From assembly GCA_965222605.1 (NCBI GenBank), contig OZ244960.1, positions 6,176,001 through 6,240,000 on the forward strand: a DNA stretch of 64,000 nucleotides, read 5' to 3'. The position numbers and the translations under genes were made by a program. This DNA is from Candidatus Latescibacterota bacterium (GTDB taxonomy: Bacteria; Latescibacterota; UBA2968). Below, in pieces: positions 10,557 through 20,052 of the stretch (the stretch's first letter is position 1; every line of letters starts with the position of its first letter). The notes beneath the pieces are model-generated. The model searched no databases, was not told where the DNA came from, and was given only the letters and a program-made list of their open reading frames with translations.

Positions 10557-11842
10557 TTGGACTGAGTTATCGCACGGCACCTGTTGAAATCCGAGATGGA
10601 GTCGCGGTTTTGCCCCAGGCTTTGGATGCGATTCTCCAATACTTTTCCAGCGTGCCGGAGATTGCCGAATGCGCGGTTTTATCGACGTGCAATCGCTCGG
10701 AAGTCTATTGTGTTGCCGCGGATATTCACGCTGCCCGCGCGGCAGTGATCTCGGGGTGGGGCAAGCAAAGTGGGCTGGATGCCGACGCGTTGGGGCGGCA
10801 CATGTTTGTCTATCGCGGTGCAGAAGCCGTGCGCCATCTTTTCAGGGTCGCCTGTGGGTTGGATTCCATGGTAATGGGCGAGCCACAAATTGCCGGTCAG
10901 GTAAAAGAGGCCGGGGCTGCCGCACTGTCTATGGGAACGAGCAAGACTGTGTTGAATCGCTTATTTCGCTCTGCGACCGAGGTTTCAAAGCGGGCGCGTA
11001 CAGAAACGGAGATTGCAACAGGTGCTGTTTCCGTCAGTTTTGCAGCGGTGGAACTCGCAAAGAAAATTTTCGGCAATCTCGAAGGACATACGGCTCTGGT
11101 GCTTGGTGCTGGCGAGATGAGTGAATTGACGGCGCGGCACCTCGCCGACAACGGGGTGAAGTCTTTGCTGGTGACGAGTCGCACGTTCGAGCGAGCACAA
11201 AATCTGGCGGTGCGCGTGGGCGGTCGCGCCATTTCATGGGACGATGGGATAGGTAATTTGCACGGCGCAGATGTTGTTATCAGTTCCACGAGCGCGGAAA
11301 CTTATGTTCTGGAACGTCACCATGTGACAGCGGCGATGCAAAAGCGTAATAACCGCTCAATGTTTTTGATCGATATTGCCATGCCGCGCGATATCGATCC
11401 TGCAGTTGGCGATCTGTACAATGTGTTTTTATACGATCTCGACGATCTGGAATCTGTTGTTGGCGCGAATTTGGAGAAGCGAAAAATTGAAGCGGATAAA
11501 GTCAGTGTAATCATAGAAGAAGAGATTGGGAATTTTTCTGCGTGGATAAATTCTCTGGCGGTTGTGCCCGCGATTGTGGCATTGCGTGGGCATTTTCAAT
11601 CTTTTATGGATTCGGAACTCGCACAGGCCAAGTTCAGTGAATTTTCAGATGATCAACGCGCTCAAGTTGCCAATTTGATGCGCCGATTTATGAATAAGGT
11701 ACTGCACAAGCCAGTGACGCGCCTTAGAGAGGCTGGCGAGGAAGAAGATGGTGGGGCTTATGTGGCGGCACTTTCCTATTTGTTTGATCTGGTGGTTGAG
11801 GGACATCCAAAAAAAGAAATTGAAGAGGTGCGAGGCTCATGA
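10541..11842 (+). CDS. hemA: Glutamyl-tRNA reductase
   Basis: STCNRSE, HLFRVACGLDSMVMGEPQI, GAGEM, DIAMPRD. Confidence 0.98.
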   Translation: MSLVVIGLSYRTAPVEIRDGVAVLPQALDAILQYFSSVPEIAECAVLSTCNRSEVYCVAADIHAARAAVISGWGKQSGLDADALGRHMFVYRGAEAVRHLFRVACGLDSMVMGEPQIAGQVKEAGAAALSMGTSKTVLNRLFRSATEVSKRARTETEIATGAVSVSFAAVELAKKIFGNLEGHTALVLGAGEMSELTARHLADNGVKSLLVTSRTFERAQNLAVRVGGRAISWDDGIGNLHGADVVISSTSAETYVLERHHVTAAMQKRNNRSMFLIDIAMPRDIDPAVGDLYNVFLYDLDDLESVVGANLEKRKIEADKVSVIIEEEIGNFSAWINSLAVVPAIVALRGHFQSFMDSELAQAKFSEFSDDQRAQVANLMRRFMNKVLHKPVTRLREAGEEEDGGAYVAALSYLFDLVVEGHPKKEIEEVRGS

Positions 11843-12762
11843 GGATAGTTATTGGCAGTCGAGGCAGTGCATTGGCTTTGTGGCAGGCCAATTGGGCAAA
11901 AAGAAAACTGGCGAGCACATATCCCGATCTCAGCGTCGAGATTGAGGTGATTAAAACAAAAGGAGATCGCCTGTCGGAAATGTCTCTGTCCCAGATTGGT
12001 GGCAAAGAGGTGTGGACAAAGGAGATAGAACACGCGCTGCTGTCGGGCAACATTGATATAGCGGTTCACAGTTTGAAAGATTTGCCGACTAAGTTGCCAG
12101 AGGGATTGGTTTTGGGCGCGGTGAGCGAGCGCGAAGATGTGCGAGATGTACTGGTCAGTAAAAATAATCGGGTGTTTTGGGAGTTGCCAGAAGGCGCGAC
12201 GGTTGCAACGAGCAGTTTGCGTCGGCAAGCACAGTTGAAACACGCGCGGCCGGATTTAAATTTTGTGTCAATTCGGGGGAATGTGGATACGCGCGTGAAA
12301 AAACTCGAAACGGAAAATTTAGATGGTATTATTCTGGCCGCAGCGGGTTTGAAGCGGTTGGGATTGGGAGATCGCATCGCGGAGTTTATCGATCCTGAAA
12401 TCTGTTTGCCCGCGCCAGGGCAGGCCGCACTGGGGATAGAAATACGAGAAGGGGATCAGAGGATTACAGAACTCGTTGGCGTTTTGAATTGTGTTGAAAC
12501 GCAGCAGGCCGTTACGGCAGAACGCGCGATGCTGGCGGCATTGGGAGGAGGCTGCCTCGTTCCAATTGGGGGATACGCGGCTGTTGACAGGGTTTCTGTG
12601 GTTGTTCTGCTGCTATCGGGCGTTGTTGCAACACCCGATGGGCGCCAGGTGATATCGAAAAAGATGGAAGGGCAGGCATCATCTGCTGAGCAGTTGGGTG
12701 TGCGCGTTGCAAAGGGATTGCTCGAACAGGGGGCAGGGGAGATATTGGACGCAAGAGCTTAG
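11839..12762 (+). CDS. hemC: Hydroxymethylbilane synthase
   Basis: GSRGSALALWQ, AVHSLKDLP, SSLRR, RGNVDTR, GGGCLVPIG. Confidence 0.98.
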   Translation: MRIVIGSRGSALALWQANWAKRKLASTYPDLSVEIEVIKTKGDRLSEMSLSQIGGKEVWTKEIEHALLSGNIDIAVHSLKDLPTKLPEGLVLGAVSEREDVRDVLVSKNNRVFWELPEGATVATSSLRRQAQLKHARPDLNFVSIRGNVDTRVKKLETENLDGIILAAAGLKRLGLGDRIAEFIDPEICLPAPGQAALGIEIREGDQRITELVGVLNCVETQQAVTAERAMLAALGGGCLVPIGGYAAVDRVSVVVLLLSGVVATPDGRQVISKKMEGQASSAEQLGVRVAKGLLEQGAGEILDARA

Positions 12763-12774
12763 CAGAGAATTGTT

Positions 12775-14277
12775 ATGCAAACTGGATGTGTATATCTTAT
12801 AGGTGCTGGACCGGGCGATCTGGAATTGATAACGGTGAAGGGTCTGCGCCTGATTCGGGAAGCCGATGTGATCTTGTATGACGGGCTGGCGAATCCCGAG
12901 TTTTTGAAGGAAGCGCGGCGGGGATGTGAGTGTATCAATGTGGAAAAGCGCCCGGGTTTTCAGCGCGTGCAGCAAGATGAGATCAATCATCTGATGGTTG
13001 ATCGCGCCCAAAAAGGGTTGATGGTGGTGCGGTTAAAGGGGGGGGATCCCATTGTTTTTGGGCGCGGTGGAGAGGAAGCTGAGGTACTTAGAAACCACGA
13101 GATTCCGTTTGAGATTGTGCCGGGTATTACCAGTGCAATAGCAGCACCTGCTTATGCTGGTATTCCGGTGACGCATCGCGGTATATCCCCCCATGTGACG
13201 ATTGTAACGGGGACAACGGCTTCGCTTGAAGGCGAGGGAAAAGTCGATTGGGAAGGGTTGGCAAAAGTGGGCGGTACGCTCTTGATTTTGATGGGCACGC
13301 GAAAGCGCCGTGAAATTGCCCAACGCCTCATTGCGGGGGGGTGCCCACCCGAAACCCCCGTTGCAGCCATACAGTGGGGATCTTTGCCATTGCAGCGGAC
13401 AGTGAGGACCTCTTTGGGGGAGATGGGCGCGGTCGAAATGACCAATCCCACAGTCATTGTCGTTGGGAAGGTTGCGGCGATGGACCTGGACTGGTTTGCG
13501 TCTAAGCCCCTGTTTGGACGAACAATTGCTGTGACGCGGGCGCGCACGCAGGCAAGTGAATTGGTACGCATGCTGCGGGCGTTAGGCGCACAAGTGCTGG
13601 AAGTGCCAACTATTGTATTTGCCGAACCCCAAAATTGGCTCGATGTGGATTGTGCTATTGCAGATATTCATACATGTGATTGGCTTGTTCTGACGAGTAC
13701 AAACGGAACCGATCGCTTTTTTGAGCGTCTGTTTAAGCAGGGATGCGATGTGCGCGCATTGGGTGGAATAAAAATTGCGACTATTGGCGCAGCGACATCG
13801 GCAAGGGTGCGCGAGTGGCATTTCAATGTAGATCTCGAAGCGGCGCATCGTGCGTCAGAAGGATTGCTCGCGGCTTTTGGCGAGGATCTTTCTGGGCAGC
13901 GTTTTTTGTTGCCTCGCCCTGAAAAATCTCGGGATGTGCTTGCCAATGGGCTTCGAGAACGCGGCGGTGAAGTACGAGAACTTATTGTTTACAAAACGGT
14001 TATGCCCGAATGTTTACCAGAAAACTTTTTACAGTTGCTAAAACAAGATGCCATTGACCTAATCGCATTTACGAGTTCCTCTACGGTCTTAAATCTGGTG
14101 AATCTACTAAAAAAGACGCGGCAAAATTGGAAATCCTTGCCAGCAGCGTGTATCGGTCCCATCACAGCCCAAACCGCAGTTGTCCAGGGACTTGATGTGG
14201 TTGTCGAACTTGACGAAACATCGGTATCTATTGCTGGTCTTGTACGAGCGATTGCTGCGTATTTTAGATCTGGGTAA
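12775..14277 (+). CDS. cobA: Uroporphyrinogen-III C-methyltransferase / uroporphyrinogen-III synthase fusion (CobA-HemD)
   Basis: GAGPGD, RLKGGDP..FGRGGEE, VPGITSA, then PLFGRTIAVTR, FTSSSTV, CIGPIT. Confidence 0.95.
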   Translation: MQTGCVYLIGAGPGDLELITVKGLRLIREADVILYDGLANPEFLKEARRGCECINVEKRPGFQRVQQDEINHLMVDRAQKGLMVVRLKGGDPIVFGRGGEEAEVLRNHEIPFEIVPGITSAIAAPAYAGIPVTHRGISPHVTIVTGTTASLEGEGKVDWEGLAKVGGTLLILMGTRKRREIAQRLIAGGCPPETPVAAIQWGSLPLQRTVRTSLGEMGAVEMTNPTVIVVGKVAAMDLDWFASKPLFGRTIAVTRARTQASELVRMLRALGAQVLEVPTIVFAEPQNWLDVDCAIADIHTCDWLVLTSTNGTDRFFERLFKQGCDVRALGGIKIATIGAATSARVREWHFNVDLEAAHRASEGLLAAFGEDLSGQRFLLPRPEKSRDVLANGLRERGGEVRELIVYKTVMPECLPENFLQLLKQDAIDLIAFTSSSTVLNLVNLLKKTRQNWKSLPAACIGPITAQTAVVQGLDVVVELDETSVSIAGLVRAIAAYFRSG

Positions 14278-14285
14278 AAATGCGG

Positions 14286-14314
14286 TTGACATATAGGCGG
14301 GTAAGCAGTAAATT
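14286..14314 (+). promoter_or_regulatory. Sigma-70-type promoter of the cohesin-FlgD gene
   Basis: TTGACA-17 nt-TAAATT, 45 nt before ATG 14360, which has an AGGAGG RBS. Confidence 0.65.
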
Positions 14315-14359
14315 TTCAGAAATGGAGTGTGAACACTTTCATACACAGGAGGAAGCGTT

Positions 14360-15166
14360 ATGAAACGTTTGATTATTGCGACATGTTTGGGGCTGGGATT
14401 GGTTGGATCGGCCATTGCTGGACCTTTGACACAGGGTATAGAATTTACGGGCGGTGAAAATAGCCTGGCAGGTCTGGTGCTGCAACGCACGCAAAATATT
14501 GTCGCCGAAGATGGCGTTTTGAAGTTACAGGTTGCTATCAATCATGCGCAGAAATTGAAGGGTTATGGCTTTGTGCTACAGTACGATCAATCCAAGTATG
14601 AGTTTGTCGAAGCACGCCAGGTCGATCAAAATCTGCTCGATGCGAGCAGTGCCCAACCCGCGCTATTTCTCGCGTCTAACAAGACGCCTGGGCAAGTGGC
14701 TGTTGGCGCGATGAAGGTCGATGGTCAGGCGGTCAGCGGCGACGGTGGTCTGGTTGAGTTTACGTTTAAGACCACACACACACCGCTTGCCTCTGATTTT
14801 CAAATTCTCGACGGTGTGATGGTTGATTTGTCAGGCGGGATTGATGCGATTACCAATATTGAAATTGGTGCCCTCAAGCCCATGCCCAGAGATTACGCCC
14901 TTGGACAAAATGTCCCGAATCCCTTTAACCCCTCCACGACGATTGAATATCGGTTGCCCGAAGCCGGTGACGTCCAACTGGTGATCTACAATCTGCTCGG
15001 GCAGGAAGTTCGCACCTTAGTTCAAGAGTCGATGGATGCAGGTTTTCACTCGGTCGTTTGGGATGGCACGGATGGATTTGGCAAGCAAGTAGCCAGTGGG
15101 ATTTATATTTATCGCATGTCAGTGGCTGATTTTACCCAGGTTCAACGCATGATGTTGCTGAAGTAA
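14360..15166 (+). CDS. Secreted protein: cohesin-like domain plus C-terminal FlgD-Ig / T9SS type A sorting-like domain
   Basis: Signal peptide MKRLIIATCLGLGLVGSAIA; cohesin pattern LQVAI..LKGYGFVLQYD...GDGGLVEFTFK; YALGQNVPNPFNPSTTI...WDG...VASGIYIYRM...MMLLK. Confidence 0.8.
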   Translation: MKRLIIATCLGLGLVGSAIAGPLTQGIEFTGGENSLAGLVLQRTQNIVAEDGVLKLQVAINHAQKLKGYGFVLQYDQSKYEFVEARQVDQNLLDASSAQPALFLASNKTPGQVAVGAMKVDGQAVSGDGGLVEFTFKTTHTPLASDFQILDGVMVDLSGGIDAITNIEIGALKPMPRDYALGQNVPNPFNPSTTIEYRLPEAGDVQLVIYNLLGQEVRTLVQESMDAGFHSVVWDGTDGFGKQVASGIYIYRMSVADFTQVQRMMLLK

Positions 15167-15222
15167 TGGCGCATTCGAAAAGGGTACAACTGGCCGGGGA
15201 ACACTCAAGCCAGTTCAGTTTC

Positions 15223-15255
15223 GAGGCCGCTTCTTTTGAGGCGGCCTTTCTTTTT
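15223..15255 (+). terminator. Intrinsic terminator
   Basis: GAGGCCGCTTC-loop-GAGGCGGCCTT followed by a T-tract. Confidence 0.75.
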
Positions 15256-15268
15256 GGGGGGGAGTATC

Positions 15269-16315
15269 ATGATTCGCGTTGGCCTGGTTGGTTATGGTTT
15301 GGGTGGCAAAGTCTTTCACGCACAATTGATTCAGATGGCGCCCGATCTCGAACTCTACGCGGTTTGTTCGCGTTCATTAGAGAAACGCCAGGACGCAGAG
15401 GCCGATTTCCCGCAGATCGTGACGTATGACACCTTTGACGCGCTATTGGACGATGGCAACGTAGATCTCGTTGTGTTGGCGACACCTCACGACACGCACG
15501 CGCCCATGGCGATTCAGGCAATGGACGCGGGCAAACATCTCGTAACAGATAAAATTATGTGTTTGAATGAATCTGAAGCGCGGTCTATGATTGAAGCGTC
15601 TGAGCGCAATCAGGTGCTTTTGAGTGTGTATCAGAATCGGCGATGGGACGGCGATTTTTTGACGTTGCAACACATACTTGCAGAAGGGATACTGGGCGAT
15701 ATTTATACTATTGAGTCCAATATCACAACTTATGGTGGACCGCATGTCGGGTGGCGTGCGTGGAAAAAATACGGCGGAGGACGCGTCCTCGATTGGGGAG
15801 CGCATCTGGTGGACCAGGCTCTCAGACTGTACGGCCCGACAGTTGAAACTGTTTTTGCCGATTTGCAATATCGCTATCCCAAAGATAAGGCCGATGTTGA
15901 AGCTCTGGCTCTGATTCATCTGAGATTTGCAAACGGGGTGCGCTATTTTATTGAATTGGGCACCGCGTGGATGTATGCCAAACCGCGCTATCATGTGCGC
16001 GGCGCGCTCGGAAGTTTCAGAAAATACGGCATAGACCCTCAAGAGGCAGCGATGAAGTCAGGGGTTTTTGGCGTGCTCGTTCCGGAAGATCCTGCGCGTT
16101 ATCAATTGCGCGTTATCAATGATCGCGGACAAACTGTAGAGTATCCTGTGTCGCCTCTGTTTGGCAGCTATCGCACGTATTACGATAATGTGGGCGCGGC
16201 ACTTGCACATGGGGAAGAATTGCTGGTCAAACCCAGGGAATGTTTGGAGGCCATTCGCGTGATTGACGCAATCAGGCTATCGGCAGAACGAGAAGAGGTT
16301 GTCAAGCTGATATAG
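15269..16315 (+). CDS. Gfo/Idh/MocA oxidoreductase (YdgJ/IolW-like)
   Basis: VGLVGYGLGG..FH, LATPHDTH, YQNRRWDGDF, DWGAHLVDQ, GIDPQE. Confidence 0.92.
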   Translation: MIRVGLVGYGLGGKVFHAQLIQMAPDLELYAVCSRSLEKRQDAEADFPQIVTYDTFDALLDDGNVDLVVLATPHDTHAPMAIQAMDAGKHLVTDKIMCLNESEARSMIEASERNQVLLSVYQNRRWDGDFLTLQHILAEGILGDIYTIESNITTYGGPHVGWRAWKKYGGGRVLDWGAHLVDQALRLYGPTVETVFADLQYRYPKDKADVEALALIHLRFANGVRYFIELGTAWMYAKPRYHVRGALGSFRKYGIDPQEAAMKSGVFGVLVPEDPARYQLRVINDRGQTVEYPVSPLFGSYRTYYDNVGAALAHGEELLVKPRECLEAIRVIDAIRLSAEREEVVKLI

Positions 16316-16328
16316 GAAAGGGTATTTT

Positions 16329-16484
16329 ATGGTGTGGGGCATTGTATTATTTGTCATTTTTACGGGTTGTTATCTCGGGCAGTGTATTTCTTCTGGCATG
16401 GGCAAAAAGCATGGCTGGTCATTGCAGTGGCTCTGTTGGCTGGTCACGAGTTTGACAATCCTGATCTGCTATTTCATTGTTTAG
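16329..16484 (+). CDS. Small two-TM membrane protein, 51 aa, absent from the ORF track
   Basis: Translates to MVWGIVLFVIFTGCYLGQCISSGMGKKHGWSLQWLCWLVTSLTILICYFIV*; purine-rich RBS (AGGAAAGGG); fills the gap between flanking genes. Confidence 0.6.
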   Translation: MVWGIVLFVIFTGCYLGQCISSGMGKKHGWSLQWLCWLVTSLTILICYFIV

Positions 16485-16494
16485 GACTACCATC

Positions 16495-16974
16495 GTGTTG
16501 TTTTGCGAATTTAAGCGCCATCTCGACAAGCCTGATGAAACATATATGTGCGATTTAGTCGCCCATGGCACAGATTGGGTGATTTTGTCTTATGTGTCAA
16601 ATCGCGCCTGGGAAGTCGCTGGTACCTACCTGCCTGCTGGTTCTCAAACGCTGGCGTTTTACCAGACGGACGGCGCGCATGTCCTGTGGCGAATGTGTGC
16701 CCCTTCAGGTGATCTGAAAGGGCACTTGTTCCATATATGTCGAGATCTGCAGGTGGAAAAGCGCAGGGTCAGTTACCTGGATTTACTTTTGGATATATGG
16801 ATAGATTCCGATGGCGTTGCCGAGGTGTTAGACCGAGAAGATGTAGAAATGTGTTATAGGGAAGGCAAGCTGTGTGAGGCCGATCTGAAAACCATATCGG
16901 CAGAGGAGAAGCGGATTGTGACACACTGGCCCGGGCTGGTGCGGGAGATGGACGCGCTTTTGAGGGGGCTATAA
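16495..16974 (+). CDS. DUF402 domain protein (nucleotide phosphatase FomD/Ntdp-like)
   Basis: YLDLLLDIWI...VLDREDV motif; GTG 16495 follows AGGA. Confidence 0.75.
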   Translation: MLFCEFKRHLDKPDETYMCDLVAHGTDWVILSYVSNRAWEVAGTYLPAGSQTLAFYQTDGAHVLWRMCAPSGDLKGHLFHICRDLQVEKRRVSYLDLLLDIWIDSDGVAEVLDREDVEMCYREGKLCEADLKTISAEEKRIVTHWPGLVREMDALLRGL

Positions 16975-16983
16975 TGGTTTCTT

Positions 16984-17856
16984 TTACTGTTCGAGTTGCG
17001 GGACGAGTTCTTTGAGGTATTTGCGAAAATCTTTGGCAATGGCCGGATGGTTGAGGGAAAATGCCACCGATGTTTTGAGATATGAGAGGAGATCGCCTAC
17101 CGTATGCCACTCTCCTTCGATAGCGCATGCGTACACCGCTCGGGATTGGCTCATCAATTCGATAGCGTCGGTGAGTTGATATTCTCCATTTTCAGCAGGT
17201 TCGATCTGTTCGAGGAAGTCAAAAATTTCGGGTCCAAATATGTAGCGCCCAAGGGTTGCGAGATTTGATGGTGCTCTTGCCGGATCGGGTTTTTCAACGA
17301 GTCCTTCAACGAGATAGACATCGTTTATGCGTTTGGCTTTAATAACGCCATAACTACTGATGCGATCTTGCGGTACTTCTTTGACTGCGAGAATGGAACT
17401 GCCGTACCTGTTGTAGTGATCGATCATTTGCCCAATGCAAGGGCGCTCCGAAACGACGAGGTCATCGCCATAAAGAACGGCAAAGGGTTCGTCGCCAATA
17501 TGTTTTCGGGCTTTGAGAACGGCGTGTCCTGTACCTAACTGGTCTTTTTGCCGCACGTAATGGATATCGGCCAGTTGTTCGATTCGGTCCAGAGTTTCAA
17601 GCATTTTCCGATCTGCGCGTTCATGCAATGCATGGGCGATTTCGATGTTGCGATCAAAGTGGTCTTCAATTGCGCGTTTTCCCCGGCCCGTGATGATCAG
17701 GATATCTTCAATACCCGAGTTGACGAGTTCCTCAATGATGTATTGAATCGCCGGTTTGTCAACAATGGGCATCATTTCTTTGGGCAGAGCCTTGGTGGCG
17801 GGCAGCATGCGACTGCCGTGCCCCGCTGCTGGAATTACTGCTTTTCTAATTTTCAA
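16984..17856 (-). CDS. galU: UTP--glucose-1-phosphate uridylyltransferase
   Basis: KAVIPAAGHGSRMLPATKALPKEM, LGTGHAV, VEKP, GRY, GEYQLTDAI; TTG start behind GGAGG. Confidence 0.96.
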   Translation of the reverse strand: MKIRKAVIPAAGHGSRMLPATKALPKEMMPIVDKPAIQYIIEELVNSGIEDILIITGRGKRAIEDHFDRNIEIAHALHERADRKMLETLDRIEQLADIHYVRQKDQLGTGHAVLKARKHIGDEPFAVLYGDDLVVSERPCIGQMIDHYNRYGSSILAVKEVPQDRISSYGVIKAKRINDVYLVEGLVEKPDPARAPSNLATLGRYIFGPEIFDFLEQIEPAENGEYQLTDAIELMSQSRAVYACAIEGEWHTVGDLLSYLKTSVAFSLNHPAIAKDFRKYLKELVPQLEQ

Positions 17857-17964
17857 CAAGACCTCCAGAATGCTGAGATTTGTCAAACGATCTGAATGAC
17901 AAATTTCAGATTGCCAGAAAGAAATGTCAAGGATATTTTTCCACAATACGTTGTTTCTCATTAC

Positions 17965-17993
17965 TTGACTTTATTTTTTTAAAGAGTTATTAT
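17965..17993 (+). promoter_or_regulatory. Sigma-70-type promoter of mreBC
   Basis: TTGACT-17 nt-TATTAT in the divergent galU/mreB intergenic region. Confidence 0.6.
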
Positions 17994-18219
17994 TGTTCGC
18001 GAAAAGCCACCCGCTCTGCGGGTGGTCGTTTACTCAGCCGATTTTCTGCACCATTTCTCCTCCTTTCGTGTATTTTTCCCCATTCAAAAAGATTGTGTTC
18101 TCACTGCCATTCAGCAATGTTTTGTTAGGCAGTTGAGAATGCCAAACTCGGAAATACTATTAACCAATTTTGCGGGATTGTTGTTCGCCTTATCGATTCC
18201 GGTGGGAGATACTTTAGCT

Positions 18220-19239
18220 ATGGCTTTATGGTTTTCGAACTTGTTTTCTAACGATATTGGTATTGATCTGGGAACTGCCAATACACTGATTTATGTCAAA
18301 GGGCAGGGCATTGCGATCAACGAGCCTTCAATTGTTGCCCTTGATCGTCATACACGCAAACCGCTGGCCATTGGTTCCCAGGCCAAAGAAATGCTTGGGC
18401 GCGAAAAACCAGATATAGAAGTGGTTCGTCCGCTCCGCGATGGCGTTATCGCCGATTTTGATGTGACTGAGGAAATGTTGCGTTTTTTTATTTCTAAAGT
18501 ACAAAAAAATAAACTCCTGGTCAGGCCACGCGTTGTGATTTGTGTGCCTTCTGGTGTTACCCCTGTTGAGATGCGCGCTGTCAGTGAAGCTGCCGATCGC
18601 GCAGGTGCCCGCGAAGTTTTTTTGATGAAAGAACCCATGGCGGCTGCGATTGGCGTTGGGTTGCCCATAGGGGATGCGGTGGGCACTATGGTCGTTGATA
18701 TTGGCGGCGGAACAACGGAAATCGCGGTGATTGCACTATCTGGCATTGTGACGTCCAGATCAATTAAAACAGCGGGCGATGAATTGACAGAAGTCATTGT
18801 GCAATTTCTCAAACGCAAACACAATCTGCTGGTGGGAAGCCGCAGTGCAGAGCAAATCAAGTGCGCTATTGGTACTGCTGTGGGGCTCGAGGAAGAACTA
18901 CAACATACGTGCCGCGGCCTGGAGATGGTGCAAGCGATACCCAGAGTCATTAATGTCCATTCAAAAGAAATCAGGGAGGCAATAGCCGGTTCGGTAAATG
19001 CGATCGTTAACGCTGTGCGCCGAACACTCGAGCAGACACCACCCGAATTGGCCGCCGATCTTCTCGACAATGGCATTATTTTGACGGGGGGAGGGGCACT
19101 ACTACGCGGGCTGGATCGGCGATTGGTCAATGAGACCGGTTTGCCCGTTATGGTAGCCGATGATCCATTGACCTGTGTGGTGCGAGGTACGGGGAAAGTA
19201 CTTGCAGATATCCATGGCTACAGGAACGTTTTGGAATAG
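18220..19239 (+). CDS. mreB: Rod shape-determining protein MreB
   Basis: IGIDLGTANT, RPLRDGVIADF, EPMAAAIG, DIGGGTTE, TPPEL, LTGGGALL. Confidence 0.98.
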   Translation: MALWFSNLFSNDIGIDLGTANTLIYVKGQGIAINEPSIVALDRHTRKPLAIGSQAKEMLGREKPDIEVVRPLRDGVIADFDVTEEMLRFFISKVQKNKLLVRPRVVICVPSGVTPVEMRAVSEAADRAGAREVFLMKEPMAAAIGVGLPIGDAVGTMVVDIGGGTTEIAVIALSGIVTSRSIKTAGDELTEVIVQFLKRKHNLLVGSRSAEQIKCAIGTAVGLEEELQHTCRGLEMVQAIPRVINVHSKEIREAIAGSVNAIVNAVRRTLEQTPPELAADLLDNGIILTGGGALLRGLDRRLVNETGLPVMVADDPLTCVVRGTGKVLADIHGYRNVLE

Positions 19240-19241
19240 CG

Positions 19242-20048
19242 ATGCAACGAATTCGTGTTTTTTTGCGTGTTCGCCGTAAGGGGGTTGTACTGGGCGTTGC
19301 GATTTTGACGTCTTTGATATTGATGTTGTTCGATTCCTCAATACAGGCGCGATTTGCACACAATGTTGTTTTTGGGTTGATGTCTATTGGGCACCGTATC
19401 TTTGCCTGGCCGATGGGACTTTCATCGCTGCGATACGAAAATGAGGCTTTGCGCGATCAGAATTTGCGCCTTTCTCTCGAATTGCTCAAACTCAGAGAGG
19501 CCCAGCTTGAAAATGCGCGCCTCCATGCCTTGTTACATTTTAAGTCGCAGCAGGCAGCTAAAAAATCTTATATTCTTGCACGGGTGATTGCACGTAATCC
19601 CGCGCGAATTGCAAATACGATATTGATCGATGCCGGTGCAGATGAAGGCATACAGGCCCGCATGCCTGTTGTGACTGCGGATGGGTTGGTGGGGCGTATC
19701 TTGGAAGTATACGGTTATACTGCTATTGTGCAGTTGCTCATAGATCACAATTGTCGGGTCAGTGCAGTGGTGCAGCGACACAGTCGTGTAAGTGGCATTG
19801 TGTCTTTTGAAGATGGCACATTCTATTTAAAAAATGTGTCGCTTCGTGGGAATATTGAAGTTGGAGATCTGATCGTATCGTCCGGTTTGGGGGAAATGTT
19901 TCCCAAAGGGCTTTACGTGGGGCAGGTCGTCAAAGTACGGGATGAAGCACAGGGTTTGTTTAGAGAGGTCATTTTGGCACCGGGCGTAAATTTCCACAAT
20001 TTAGAGGAAGTTTTTGTGCTAAAGACCAATTCACAGATTAATAATTAA
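19242..20048 (+). CDS. mreC: Rod shape-determining protein MreC
   Basis: N-terminal TM, coiled coil ENARLHALL, ARVIAR, GLVGRI, SSGLGEMFPKG; follows mreB. Confidence 0.95.
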   Translation: MQRIRVFLRVRRKGVVLGVAILTSLILMLFDSSIQARFAHNVVFGLMSIGHRIFAWPMGLSSLRYENEALRDQNLRLSLELLKLREAQLENARLHALLHFKSQQAAKKSYILARVIARNPARIANTILIDAGADEGIQARMPVVTADGLVGRILEVYGYTAIVQLLIDHNCRVSAVVQRHSRVSGIVSFEDGTFYLKNVSLRGNIEVGDLIVSSGLGEMFPKGLYVGQVVKVRDEAQGLFREVILAPGVNFHNLEEVFVLKTNSQINN

Positions 20049-20052
20049 AGTG

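Noticed and set aside
9099-14277. Novel tetrapyrrole pathway
   Set aside because: ccsA/hemX-sirC-hemA-hemC-cobA/hemD is a common, known arrangement.
15166-15429. 87-aa ORF containing SFEAASFEAAF
   Set aside because: The repeated peptide is translation through the terminator hairpin, and the ORF overlaps the real oxidoreductase gene.
16334-16558. 74-aa ORF from the track
   Set aside because: The frame starting at ATG 16329 has a better RBS, a clean two-TM pattern and no overlap with DUF402.
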